DNA from: a virus
Taxonomy: Duplodnaviria > Caudoviricetes
Reading direction: 5' to 3' (one strand)
Virus record (IMG/VR): IMGVR_UViG_3300034053_000029
Coordinates: 64,001 to 128,000 of that record
Length of the DNA stretch: 64,000 nt
Shown here: piece after piece, positions 33,007 to 42,409 of the stretch
How positions within the stretch are numbered: the first letter of the stretch is position 1
Layout: every line of letters begins with the position of its first letter
Notes under the pieces: model-generated
The model's input: only the letters and a program-made list of their open reading frames with translations
Database searches by the model: none
What the model was told of the DNA's origin: nothing
Translations under genes and position numbers: made by a program

Positions 33007-33563
33007 TTTAATCCCTTATGTTCTTTCACTATATCAAGTGCCTCGCCAATCATAGAAACTTTTGGAATGTCAATGTTAAATTTATTCATATACTTAGACA
33101 CTCTTTCAAAGTCATTCCTATATTTATAATAACACTCAATTAGGTTGTTTGGATTAGCCGACAGTAGGGAATCGGTAGCAACAATAAAGTTGTAAAATGC
33201 ATACCCATCAATAGTATTTGGATAGCACTCTACAATTTTTTCTGAGCTATCTTGTGGGATATTTTTTGATACGAACCCCTTGAACGATATATTTCCTTCG
33301 TGTATGGTTGGGGTTGAATGATTTGGAATACTGGAAGAAACCTTTTTGATTTCGGTGATCCAACTCTTGAATGTCTTGCCTTCTTTTATGAGAGTAACAT
33401 AATTTGGTCCAACATTGATCACTTCAGATATTTCACCATTGACTTCAACGGAATCTCCGACATTAACTAAATTTCCACGGATGAACGACTCACGATCATA
33501 TCTGGAATATGCTTCGTGAACGGATTTCGTTAGAGTTTTTGTTAGTTCTGAATATTTTTTCAT
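33003..33563 (-). CDS. T4-like conserved protein with KOW/SH3-like motif
   Basis: RESFIRGNLVNVGDSVE...GPNYVTL...KSWITEI. Confidence 0.75.
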   Translation of the reverse strand: MKKYSELTKTLTKSVHEAYSRYDRESFIRGNLVNVGDSVEVNGEISEVINVGPNYVTLIKEGKTFKSWITEIKKVSSSIPNHSTPTIHEGNISFKGFVSKNIPQDSSEKIVECYPNTIDGYAFYNFIVATDSLLSANPNNLIECYYKYRNDFERVSKYMNKFNIDIPKVSMIGEALDIVKEHKGLK

Positions 33564-33589
33564 ATAAGTCCATAAATGTAATTGTTATA

Positions 33590-33820
33590 TTATTTATTGG
33601 ACTTCTTTTCTTTCGATTGAAGTTGAGCTATTATTCCACCCAATTTCTTAATACGAGTTTGGATTTTAATGCTATCTGGATCAGATGAATATTGTTGATA
33701 TAGCGCTTTTTGTGCACGAGATAATACTGGTAACTTCAAAGTCACTTCATCCAAACTTTCGGATTCGTTTTTACAATAGGTCTCGATGACCATATCACGC
33801 AATATTTCGGTTAATGTCAT
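33590..33820 (-). CDS. Hypothetical protein
   Basis: 76-aa coupled ORF. Confidence 0.6.
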   Translation of the reverse strand: MTLTEILRDMVIETYCKNESESLDEVTLKLPVLSRAQKALYQQYSSDPDSIKIQTRIKKLGGIIAQLQSKEKKSNK

Positions 33821-34056
33821 TTCTTTTTCTTTCTTGTTAGACCTAAACCAATGATCGTACCTTGTAGCATATTTTGTTTAAATGATCTGTTGTTGGTTTT
33901 GATGGATGCTTGGCTAAATTTTTTCGGATGATATTTTTTAGGACGAGAAGTCAAACCATTCTTAGGAATTCTTTTCAACCGTGCAGGGGCAGAAGTCGGA
34001 GCTTTTCTGACTTCATCAAGTTCAATCGCAATTTGTTTTGCTTCGTTAATATCCAT
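33817..34056 (-). CDS. Basic hypothetical protein
   Basis: 79-aa coupled ORF. Confidence 0.6.
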   Translation of the reverse strand: MDINEAKQIAIELDEVRKAPTSAPARLKRIPKNGLTSRPKKYHPKKFSQASIKTNNRSFKQNMLQGTIIGLGLTRKKKK

Positions 34057-34696
34057 TTGTTACTGCTCCCCATGCCACGGCTTTACTTTTTAAATTTTCT
34101 GCCGAGTCGCCCATTGCCTTATTAAATTTATCGATTACAGTGTCATCTGTGCCATATCCAGGACTTATATGAGTAAACTCAATAGGTTTGTCATTCTTTG
34201 GGTCGAGAATGTTTGGGTCTTTGTGTGTCCCGAAAACAATGTGGGTTGGTTGTGGAGTTAATGCCGAATGATGAACTGTTATCGATTTACCATCATCCAA
34301 TTTCACCTTTGATAATCCATCTTTTTTTGAATCAATTATTGTGCCGTCACCATATACTGAATGGGTAACTCTTGCTGGCATCTGCGGAGTTTCTGTAAAA
34401 TGTGGATTGGATATTTTATATTGCTCGATTACCATCTTGATTTGATCAATCGACATATCAGTTTCACTAACCATTTTAGCTAATGGTGTAATAGGCTTTT
34501 TAAAAATAGGGATAACCCCTTTGGCACGAGGTTTTGGTGGAATTGCGTCTCTAACGATGATTGTTTCGTCATCACCCTTTGGTGCGGATTTTGCAACTTT
34601 TTCAACAGAATCTCTCGTTCCTGAATAAAATTTAGAAAATCCTTTTTGATTATTGCCTCTTAGTGCAAAACTTTTAGCCTCTTGAATGTTCATCAT
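34046..34696 (-). CDS. Hypothetical protein with SH3-like motif
   Basis: RVTHSVYGDGTII. Confidence 0.65.
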   Translation of the reverse strand: MMNIQEAKSFALRGNNQKGFSKFYSGTRDSVEKVAKSAPKGDDETIIVRDAIPPKPRAKGVIPIFKKPITPLAKMVSETDMSIDQIKMVIEQYKISNPHFTETPQMPARVTHSVYGDGTIIDSKKDGLSKVKLDDGKSITVHHSALTPQPTHIVFGTHKDPNILDPKNDKPIEFTHISPGYGTDDTVIDKFNKAMGDSAENLKSKAVAWGAVTNGY

Positions 34697-34953
34697 TTAA
34701 TCAACCTAGTAGTCAATCTAGATATTGTTTTATCAGGGTCTCTATGATGCGAATATACTGGAATTATTTTTCCATCTTTATCTCTTTTAGCACCAACAAC
34801 GGCACGTTTCTTATCAGATTCATGATGGTCTGCCCCTAGCGATTTTGCCACAACTAAATTAGTGTAATGACTCAATAGCCTTTTTTTGCCTTCTGGAGTG
34901 TCCCCAAGCTCACATAAAGCAATCACTCTTTCTAAGATATATTCCTTTAACAT
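34693..34953 (-). CDS. Hypothetical late protein
   Basis: CATAAATA upstream; AGGA SD. Confidence 0.65.
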   Translation of the reverse strand: MLKEYILERVIALCELGDTPEGKKRLLSHYTNLVVAKSLGADHHESDKKRAVVGAKRDKDGKIIPVYSHHRDPDKTISRLTTRLIK

Positions 34954-34989
34954 AATCGTCCTATTTGTTTTTATTATTTATGGTTTATA

Positions 34990-36465
34990 TTACATCTTAG
35001 ATAGAATGTCTTCATGACTGACATAAATCGTAGGTGCGTTTGGTTGTGTGATCGACTTGACTTCAAAACGACCAAAAACTGGTTTGGCAACGATTTCGCC
35101 AATCTTACCCTTACCATCTGCACCGGTGAATTTAATTTTATCTCCAACGTGAAAATGCTTGTCAAAATGCTCTGCATCAGGAATAGATTCGATGCGACTA
35201 CGGGGAGCCATCGTGGTGATGGTCATTCCCTTGAACGGAGAAGTGGCATACTCTTCTGGAGCAACGGTTCCAATCTTACCGGTAATCTCGACTCGTGCGC
35301 CTTTCTTAACACCATCATCACCAGACGATGTGAACATCTTGATCAGATGACCAGAATCTGCCTTAACGGTCAGGATGTGCTTGGTTCCCCAATCATTCTG
35401 ATAGCTGAATGCAGAGATAACTTCTCCCTTGACGGTAACTTTCTTACCTACCTCACCAAGACCTTCATCAGTCTTGACGGTTGACAACATACCTTTTTTG
35501 GCCTCAAGGTTTTCTACGTCCTTGAGGTATGAATTGGCACCGGCAGCAATATAACCGGTATATTTAAGCCCTGCAGACTCACCAGATGCGAGCTTGCTAA
35601 TATTGATCCAGAACTCTTCCTTGGTTGCCTTCGGGTGGTTTTTCATCCAGTCGATAGCCTTATCCGCATCTTCGTAATCCTTAGCGGAGACTGGCATGAT
35701 AAAATCTTGTGCATCTTTTTTCGGAGGATACATGTGCAGATTAACACCGGCAGAAGTGCTAGACTTCGTTTCGGTTGCATTTGCATTGGAAACAAACCCA
35801 CGATCACGGATGCTATGAATTGATGCGGCAACAATCTCCCTCACGGAGAATGCCATAACGCCTCGACCACCACCGCCATACTCAGGGTCTTGAATCTCAC
35901 TCATTACTTGCTTAATGTCCCACAATGCCGTAGCAAAATCGGCATACTTCTCAGGATCAGCATGACCTAAGAAGTCCTTGAGACAAGAACGACCAACTTC
36001 CATGTGCTTGCCGGATTCGTTCTTAACGACAAACGACTCATTGCGCCGACGATTGTGACCGCAATGATCGCACTTTATATCATGGTCATCTTGATATGTT
36101 GCAGGAAGTTCATGGCCTGGTGCAGACTTAGCAATGATCGAATTGCCGCCTTCCATCGGTTCACGCTTACCAACGAAAGACCAACCATTGAGCTTCGGTG
36201 CCTCACCAACGATGGTGACTTTTACGAACTCCATGAAAACGGCAGGTTTGATTTTGCCAGAAGCAAGTTTCTTTTCCGGTTCTACTTGCTTGGAAAACGG
36301 CTTGCTCTTGCTGATCGTGATAGGGTCAGCATTAAGCCTCTGAGCAGTCTTGTTAAGTTTGTTCAACATACCTTCAAGGAAGTCGATATTATGGACTGGA
36401 ACCTCAAAAACATTAGGTGTTGCCACTTCATTGTTTTCCACGATGAATTCCTTGTATGTCTTCAT
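34990..36465 (-). CDS. 491-aa protein with capsid-targeting-like N-terminus, Cys/His site and OB-fold-like C-terminus
   Basis: MKTYKEFIVE; CDHCGHNRRRN...GRSCLKDF. Confidence 0.8.
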   Translation of the reverse strand: MKTYKEFIVENNEVATPNVFEVPVHNIDFLEGMLNKLNKTAQRLNADPITISKSKPFSKQVEPEKKLASGKIKPAVFMEFVKVTIVGEAPKLNGWSFVGKREPMEGGNSIIAKSAPGHELPATYQDDHDIKCDHCGHNRRRNESFVVKNESGKHMEVGRSCLKDFLGHADPEKYADFATALWDIKQVMSEIQDPEYGGGGRGVMAFSVREIVAASIHSIRDRGFVSNANATETKSSTSAGVNLHMYPPKKDAQDFIMPVSAKDYEDADKAIDWMKNHPKATKEEFWINISKLASGESAGLKYTGYIAAGANSYLKDVENLEAKKGMLSTVKTDEGLGEVGKKVTVKGEVISAFSYQNDWGTKHILTVKADSGHLIKMFTSSGDDGVKKGARVEITGKIGTVAPEEYATSPFKGMTITTMAPRSRIESIPDAEHFDKHFHVGDKIKFTGADGKGKIGEIVAKPVFGRFEVKSITQPNAPTIYVSHEDILSKM

Positions 36466-36477
36466 GTCAGAGTCCGT

Positions 36478-36506
36478 ATTATAGTTATAGTCTAATATTT
36501 AGTCAA
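36478..36506 (-). promoter_or_regulatory. sigma70 promoter with embedded CTAAATA
   Basis: TTGACT-N17-TATAAT. Confidence 0.85.
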
Positions 36507-36514
36507 GCGACTCT

Positions 36515-36850
36515 TCAACTGTCTGATTTATCTAGGAAACTTTCGTAGTCTGAAGTATCAAGCAATCCATCCTTTTTGAGCATTTTCTCAACAAACTGAT
36601 GAATCTCAACATCCGTCTTAGCATCCTCATGTGCCCACTCTAAGCATCTGATTAATAAGGGAACTGTCATGTGAATCTCGTCTTGATTGTTCTCATGTAA
36701 TGCCAACCATTTCCTATACAAAGGGTGCTTTTCACGTTTTCCTTTTGGCATTCCGTCTAATAATTTTCTCAAATAGTCAGGATCATTCTCAGGATTTCTC
36801 ATGGTCTCAATTAATTGAGCGATATCGGATACTAACTTTCTCATTTCCAT
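36515..36850 (-). CDS. T4-like conserved hypothetical protein
   Basis: VPLLIRCLEWAHEDAKTD motif. Confidence 0.7.
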   Translation of the reverse strand: MEMRKLVSDIAQLIETMRNPENDPDYLRKLLDGMPKGKREKHPLYRKWLALHENNQDEIHMTVPLLIRCLEWAHEDAKTDVEIHQFVEKMLKKDGLLDTSDYESFLDKSDS

Positions 36851-38310
36851 TCCCCATTTACAATGAATATCAATTGTCTCTTACCATTCTTATATAAGAG
36901 ACAATGTGTTTGATGCCAACTAGATAAACCTTTATTATATTCCAATCTCAGTTTCGATGATGTTCCTACTTGATATGCAGATTTCTCAATTCCTGGTGAA
37001 TGACTATGACCGATAACAGTTTTAAGAGGAATTTGACTAAATTGCTGTCTCGATCCTCGTGTTCCATTAATTCCAATGTCACCATGATTATTTAGGTCAA
37101 CACCATGTAGAATAAAATCATCGTCTGAACTCAAGAACCTAACATTAGCTGAAGTGTTTATTCTTTCGCCATAAAGGGCAAATGGGTCTGGATAATATAG
37201 AACACCATTTTCATGTTTAGTATTCGACAACATCAAATACATCAGGTGATGGTAAATTTTAGCATTGACCATATCTTTCTTTGGGTCTGCCTCATTTAAC
37301 CAACGCATTAAGTGTGAATTGTGGTTTGATGGTACGATAATAGATTGACTAAAACTTGGAGTCGTTCTTTCGATAAACTGCAAAGTCTCATTTAATTCAT
37401 TCTCGATTGAATCAATATTCGCTAGTGACTTTCCATAACGAACAAATATATTATTCTTGTGGTGATGGGAAATCGAGTAGCAATCCAACACATCATGACG
37501 AATAATGTATTTTGGTTTTAGTGTATTAACAATCCCGTTTGTTCCGTATGTGGCATCATATACTTTCTCGTCATAAAACATAACGTGTTCGTCGCCAGTA
37601 ATTAGTGCCTCAATTTCGCAGTTTGTTACAATATTGTCTTCGGTATAGTATGTACTAATATCATACATACCTTCTCCGTCGAAATGAAGATGACGAATAT
37701 GGGTTGCAGTATGATCTACAAATAATGCGCTATACGAATGGTCGAACTTTGCCTTTTGTGCCGTCTTGTTCTCACCATAATTTGGAATGGAAACACTTCC
37801 GGTAGTCGTTATGATTGGTGGATATGTTTCAGATTTTCTTGGAAGAGTTTTTAGTTGAACTTGTGGGTGTCCAAAAATGACAGTTTTCCCCTTACTAAAC
37901 GAATCCATTCCACCAAGAGGGTTATTTAGATTGGTGCCTAGCTTTCCGTCACCCATAATGACAATATCATCACCAAGATGAACCTTAGTGTTTACGATAT
38001 ACTGCTTAATTTCTTCGTCGTAATTGCTCTCGTTGAACTTGTGATTATTGTTTACTGGAAGGATCACCAACTTCGAACCATGAATACGACAATAATTTTC
38101 TAGAACCTTTAGGAATCTCTTGTTGATTGGAAACCCATCGGTTGCGGAAGTGATAACGTAACTTTGGTTGAATACTGGTTTTGGTGTGCAATAGTCTACA
38201 TAGTTTTTAGTGCCACACTTGTTACACTTGTATGCTACCTTTCTTTTGTTGCCTAGATGATGTACCCCAAGATTCTTAAAGTCTAACGAACCACAATATT
38301 CACAATACAT
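36841..38310 (-). CDS. Calcineurin-like metallophosphoesterase with N-terminal zinc ribbon
   Basis: GDEH; HDVLD; SNH; HGD; GHSH. Confidence 0.75.
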   Translation of the reverse strand: MYCEYCGSLDFKNLGVHHLGNKRKVAYKCNKCGTKNYVDYCTPKPVFNQSYVITSATDGFPINKRFLKVLENYCRIHGSKLVILPVNNNHKFNESNYDEEIKQYIVNTKVHLGDDIVIMGDGKLGTNLNNPLGGMDSFSKGKTVIFGHPQVQLKTLPRKSETYPPIITTTGSVSIPNYGENKTAQKAKFDHSYSALFVDHTATHIRHLHFDGEGMYDISTYYTEDNIVTNCEIEALITGDEHVMFYDEKVYDATYGTNGIVNTLKPKYIIRHDVLDCYSISHHHKNNIFVRYGKSLANIDSIENELNETLQFIERTTPSFSQSIIVPSNHNSHLMRWLNEADPKKDMVNAKIYHHLMYLMLSNTKHENGVLYYPDPFALYGERINTSANVRFLSSDDDFILHGVDLNNHGDIGINGTRGSRQQFSQIPLKTVIGHSHSPGIEKSAYQVGTSSKLRLEYNKGLSSWHQTHCLLYKNGKRQLIFIVNGEWK

Positions 38311-38320
38311 ATTAATCCTT

Positions 38321-38860
38321 TCACTTATTCCATTTATGTAGAAGGTATTCTTTCGATGCCTTTGTCGGATTCTTCTCTTGATACTTACTAGAAGGGGTAA
38401 CGTCTTTAGATATTACCCTCTTTTTTGGTTCTTTATTTTTGTCATACAAAGCAATCTTATGTGTCTTAGCTAATTGCTCCCACACCTTATGTCCTGCGGT
38501 AGTCATGGTGGTCGAACTAAAAAAACTGTACCCATGTTTCTCATGCAAATGCGTTATCGCCTCGTGCATCATTTTTGGATGATCTGATTCTGGAGACTTA
38601 GCCATTTCGGTAATTCTTGCTGCGGTCTTACCTGCACGATTAAATGAAATAGTGCCGATATGTTCTCCGGTATCCTTGTGGTGAATGGTTATTAAACCGG
38701 TATCGCCATTATGATGAACACGAAGACCAAACCTGTCTGACTTCGTTTCGAGGTCTGGTTTGGTCTTCTGATCAAGTTTCTTAAACACAGGTGCCTCTTC
38801 ATCACTTGAGGCATAGTGTTCCTGCAGTTGAGATACTAATTGAGAATATGGTTTTTTCAT
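38321..38860 (-). CDS. His-rich protein, GNAT-like; candidate internal head protein
   Basis: MKKPYSQLVSQLQE N-terminus; TTAGHKVWEQL motif. Confidence 0.65.
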   Translation of the reverse strand: MKKPYSQLVSQLQEHYASSDEEAPVFKKLDQKTKPDLETKSDRFGLRVHHNGDTGLITIHHKDTGEHIGTISFNRAGKTAARITEMAKSPESDHPKMMHEAITHLHEKHGYSFFSSTTMTTAGHKVWEQLAKTHKIALYDKNKEPKKRVISKDVTPSSKYQEKNPTKASKEYLLHKWNK

Positions 38861-38888
38861 AAATACGCATCTGGTGTGAATACTATAT

Positions 38889-40286
38889 TTAGCTAAAATC
38901 CAATCCGTCTAAATTGTGAACTCTCTTCCCAAAAGTAGTTTTATCAAATGCAGGAGTATCATCAGCAGACTTACTACCTGATCCATGAATATTTTCTGAT
39001 GGATTATCCACATCATATAATTTGAAACGAGTGATGTCTACTCCTACAGCAAATCGCTTATGGAAATTCACATCACCAAATCTAGACTTTAATTGCTTAA
39101 CCAAAAGCTGACCAATACCATCCATTTCCTCGGTTCTAATTAGTGCAAAAATAAAATCCATGGTTGCTGCAGTACCAAAGCTCTCTGCAATATCCGTCAT
39201 TTCTGAATCACTATTACTTGCCCCCAATCTAGTAAATTGGGTTGCGGTCATGATTGGGACATTGAACTCAACTGCCATACCACGAAGTTCCTCGGCAATC
39301 GACTTCACAATGGTATATGAATTAAATGCTCCACCACTTTTCAATCTCTGACTGCTACAAATATTCAAATAATCAACTAGGATAAGGTCTGGAATAAAAT
39401 TCTTCTTTTGTTTAAGCTCATTTAATAATGCTTTGAAGTGTCCTACATGTGCGCCACCTGTAGGATATTCTTTGATGATTAAATTTCCCTTGCCTCGACT
39501 ATGAATGTCGTTAATTTTCTTTGTGAAAGTGCCCTTGTCCAACCTACCCAAATCAGATATAGGAATGTTCAAGATATTACAATCGATTCGTTCTGCGATT
39601 CTTTCTTCCGCCATTTCCAATGTTATGTAAAGAACATTTTTACCTGACTTAATAGCAGAGGCGGCAGCATGACATAGGAATAATGACTTTCCAGTATTAA
39701 CACCTGCAACAACACATGATAGGGTTTTACTTGGAAGACCACCTTTCGTTATTCTGTTAAACATTTCCAGATCGAATGGAAGTCTCTCTTCAGTCAAATG
39801 ATAGAAATCATGGCGACGTTCAGCATCACTAAAGAAATCGTGACCAATGTTCTTGTCAAAAGAAACCCCCAACGCTTCTTGTAGGAGTGTTGGGATTGCC
39901 TCTTTATTGAACTTCGTGTTGTTGCCGTCGATAATAGAAATCGATTCCATAATCGCATTGTATAAGGATTGCTCCTTACAAAACTTTTCTGTACGCTCAA
40001 CCAACCATTCTTTATTTGTCTCTTTTTCAACTAACGAATCAATTAAACTGTTAGCCGAATCCATATCAGCTTGAGATAAATCTTTACGATCATCTAAATG
40101 CAACTTCAATACTTGTTGGGTTGGTGGTTTGTTATATTTCTCAAAAAACTTTTGAATATCTTCGAAAATTACTTTGTCAACTTTGTCAGAAAAATATTCT
40201 GGTTTAATGAATGGTAGAACCTTCCTACAATATTCCTCATTCGAAATTAAATTGCTAAAAATAACCTCTTCAATCCTATTTGTCAT
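38889..40286 (-). CDS. 41: Replicative helicase (gp41, DnaB-like)
   Basis: AGVNTGKS; TLEMAEE; KEYPT; VDYLN; TATQ. Confidence 0.95.
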   Translation of the reverse strand: MTNRIEEVIFSNLISNEEYCRKVLPFIKPEYFSDKVDKVIFEDIQKFFEKYNKPPTQQVLKLHLDDRKDLSQADMDSANSLIDSLVEKETNKEWLVERTEKFCKEQSLYNAIMESISIIDGNNTKFNKEAIPTLLQEALGVSFDKNIGHDFFSDAERRHDFYHLTEERLPFDLEMFNRITKGGLPSKTLSCVVAGVNTGKSLFLCHAAASAIKSGKNVLYITLEMAEERIAERIDCNILNIPISDLGRLDKGTFTKKINDIHSRGKGNLIIKEYPTGGAHVGHFKALLNELKQKKNFIPDLILVDYLNICSSQRLKSGGAFNSYTIVKSIAEELRGMAVEFNVPIMTATQFTRLGASNSDSEMTDIAESFGTAATMDFIFALIRTEEMDGIGQLLVKQLKSRFGDVNFHKRFAVGVDITRFKLYDVDNPSENIHGSGSKSADDTPAFDKTTFGKRVHNLDGLDFS

Positions 40287-40564
40287 GCATATTCCTTTGG
40301 TTGATTTTCATCGGACAAAATCAAATCTAACCCACGAGGATTTTCGGAATCAATAAACTTCCCAAATTCATCCCACTTAGCAGGTATCCATTCTTCACCT
40401 GACCAGTATATACCAATAACAGGTTTATTGCCACCAGATTTCTTAGAAATTATGATGGCAATAGAACCTGCTTGAGTTATCGTGATATGAAAATTTCCTG
40501 CCGCTATTGATCGAAAAAATGGAGAACAAATATCCTCAACTTCCTTCTGACTGTGCATCTTCAT
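40283..40564 (-). CDS. Hypothetical protein
   Basis: Start re-called at ATG 40564. Confidence 0.6.
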   Translation of the reverse strand: MKMHSQKEVEDICSPFFRSIAAGNFHITITQAGSIAIIISKKSGGNKPVIGIYWSGEEWIPAKWDEFGKFIDSENPRGLDLILSDENQPKEYA

Positions 40565-40853
40565 CGATCCCGCCCTTATAAACAACTTCACTCTTTGCAA
40601 TTTGCTCTTCTAGGATATTGATCAAAGTATCACCTAGAAATTTGTTGAACTCTTCTTTATCGGACTTCTGCACTTCGAAATCGTTTACGATGTTATATTC
40701 GAAGTGCATGGTATATGTGCCATCAGGATTCTCTTCCTCTCCGAATTTAACTTCATCATAATTGAAAACGCACCCTTGAAACTTTCCTGAGATAATTTCA
40801 AGGTCGATCTTTCCATCGTGTTCTCCACCTGTAGATTTGATATCAGATAACAT
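40536..40853 (-). CDS. 40: gp40-like head vertex assembly chaperone
   Basis: IISGKFQGCVFNYDEVKF; lies between uvsX and 41 as in T4. Confidence 0.65.
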   Translation of the reverse strand: MLSDIKSTGGEHDGKIDLEIISGKFQGCVFNYDEVKFGEEENPDGTYTMHFEYNIVNDFEVQKSDKEEFNKFLGDTLINILEEQIAKSEVVYKGGIDEDAQSEGS

Positions 40854-41004
40854 TATTTTTTCTCCAGTCATTATATCTGGCAACAGTGTTGATATGTTTT
40901 ACACGTTGAAACATTTTACACCCATCTGACCCACAATGCATTTTGAATGAAAATATAAATGCAGCGTAAGTATCTTTTAAAACTTCAATAAAATTCTTGA
41001 TCAT
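40843..41004 (-). CDS. 53-aa hypothetical (MIKNFIEVLKD...)
   Basis: GGAG SD; coupled to uvsX stop. Confidence 0.5.
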   Translation of the reverse strand: MIKNFIEVLKDTYAAFIFSFKMHCGSDGCKMFQRVKHINTVARYNDWRKNNVI

Positions 41005-42029
41005 CACTCTTCTCCAAAATCTACATCATTAAACAAACTACGATGCGAAAGTTGATATTTATTCTTAATGAATTCTTGGAAATCTGCATCAGCTAGAATT
41101 GGTGCCCAAAATTCTTTATTGTTGGTGTCATCGAATCGATACTTCTTTTCTTCGCCTTTTTTAGAATACCACCCGTTTGATGGTTTAAAGCAAGCACCAG
41201 ATTCAAGAGCTTCGTCCATCAACCCACTATACTTAGCGAATCCTCCGTCGTATGTAACTAGGAACGATAGCTTTGATTTCTCTTTTACGAATCGTGACTT
41301 TTCGACGTTGATCGTAAAATTCCAACCCTTGATCCCATCTGCATCTTTCTCTTGCGACTTACCAATGATCCATACGTTGTTTGCTGCAAGCATAACTGCT
41401 TGACCACCAGAAACTACGTCTTTAGCATATAGCTCCATTGTCTTGTAAGTGTGGGCAATAATAACTCCACAAATATCCTTTGTAGTGAAGTGTGGAGTGA
41501 TGATACGAAACACGGTCTTTAGTTGCTTTTGACGAGTCATATCTTGTGCATCTTTACCTGCTAGTGCATCTTCTGCTTCCTTCTTAGAAGCAAGCAATCC
41601 AATGGAATCGATGAAGACGAAAACACGATCACCACGAGTAATTGCTTCCATCTTCTTAGCAATGTCAAACTTCAACTGCTCGATATCTTCGATTGGAATA
41701 TGCACAACACGTTCTGCAGGAATGCCCATAGCAGTAACATATTCTGGTGTCACACCAAACTCTGTATCGTAAAACAACGCTACTGCCTCCGGATACTTCT
41801 TCAAGTATGCCTTCATCTGAAGCAACCCAAGTAGTGACTTAAATCGCTTAGACTCACCTGCGATAATACTCAAACCACTAGTCATTCCACCATCAAGTTT
41901 GCCGCTTAAAGCAACGTTGATAATTGGGATTTCCGTTGGGATCATATCCTTATCATTGAATATGATACTTTCATCTAGCGTACTAGTTTTGGCGATACCA
42001 ACCGACTTCAACTTTTCTAATAAACTCAT
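41004..42029 (-). CDS. uvsX: UvsX RecA-like recombinase
   Basis: AGESKRFKS; FYDTEFG; FIDSIG; HTY; VSGG. Confidence 0.95.
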   Translation of the reverse strand: MSLLEKLKSVGIAKTSTLDESIIFNDKDMIPTEIPIINVALSGKLDGGMTSGLSIIAGESKRFKSLLGLLQMKAYLKKYPEAVALFYDTEFGVTPEYVTAMGIPAERVVHIPIEDIEQLKFDIAKKMEAITRGDRVFVFIDSIGLLASKKEAEDALAGKDAQDMTRQKQLKTVFRIITPHFTTKDICGVIIAHTYKTMELYAKDVVSGGQAVMLAANNVWIIGKSQEKDADGIKGWNFTINVEKSRFVKEKSKLSFLVTYDGGFAKYSGLMDEALESGACFKPSNGWYSKKGEEKKYRFDDTNNKEFWAPILADADFQEFIKNKYQLSHRSLFNDVDFGEE

Positions 42030-42038
42030 ATTATCTCC

Positions 42039-42401
42039 TTACCAAAATACAGATTTCTTTTTATTAATCTTCATGACTTCTTCAAGATCAAAAGATTTGG
42101 TATTTGTATCACCATCATAAACATCTACTTGTTTCGCAATCTTCTCATACATACTTGCAATAGAGGTTGCTGTCACTCGAATTGCATCCTTTGGCTTATC
42201 GAAACTGGAATCTAAGAAAATCGTAATGGCTTTTTGATTTTCAATTTCTTCAGGCAAATCTTCTCCATTATCCAATATATAAGTTATCGCAGGTTGATAT
42301 CCTTTTTCAATCTTATATAAATCCAATTTCACCATGTGCGTACCAAACACAGTCCAATTTTGAATACCTTCTGGTTTTGGTACTTGTTTCTTAGTTACCA
42401 T
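42039..42401 (-). CDS. Hypothetical protein
   Basis: GGAG SD; 120 aa. Confidence 0.65.
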   Translation of the reverse strand: MVTKKQVPKPEGIQNWTVFGTHMVKLDLYKIEKGYQPAITYILDNGEDLPEEIENQKAITIFLDSSFDKPKDAIRVTATSIASMYEKIAKQVDVYDGDTNTKSFDLEEVMKINKKKSVFW

Positions 42402-42409
42402 AATATCTC

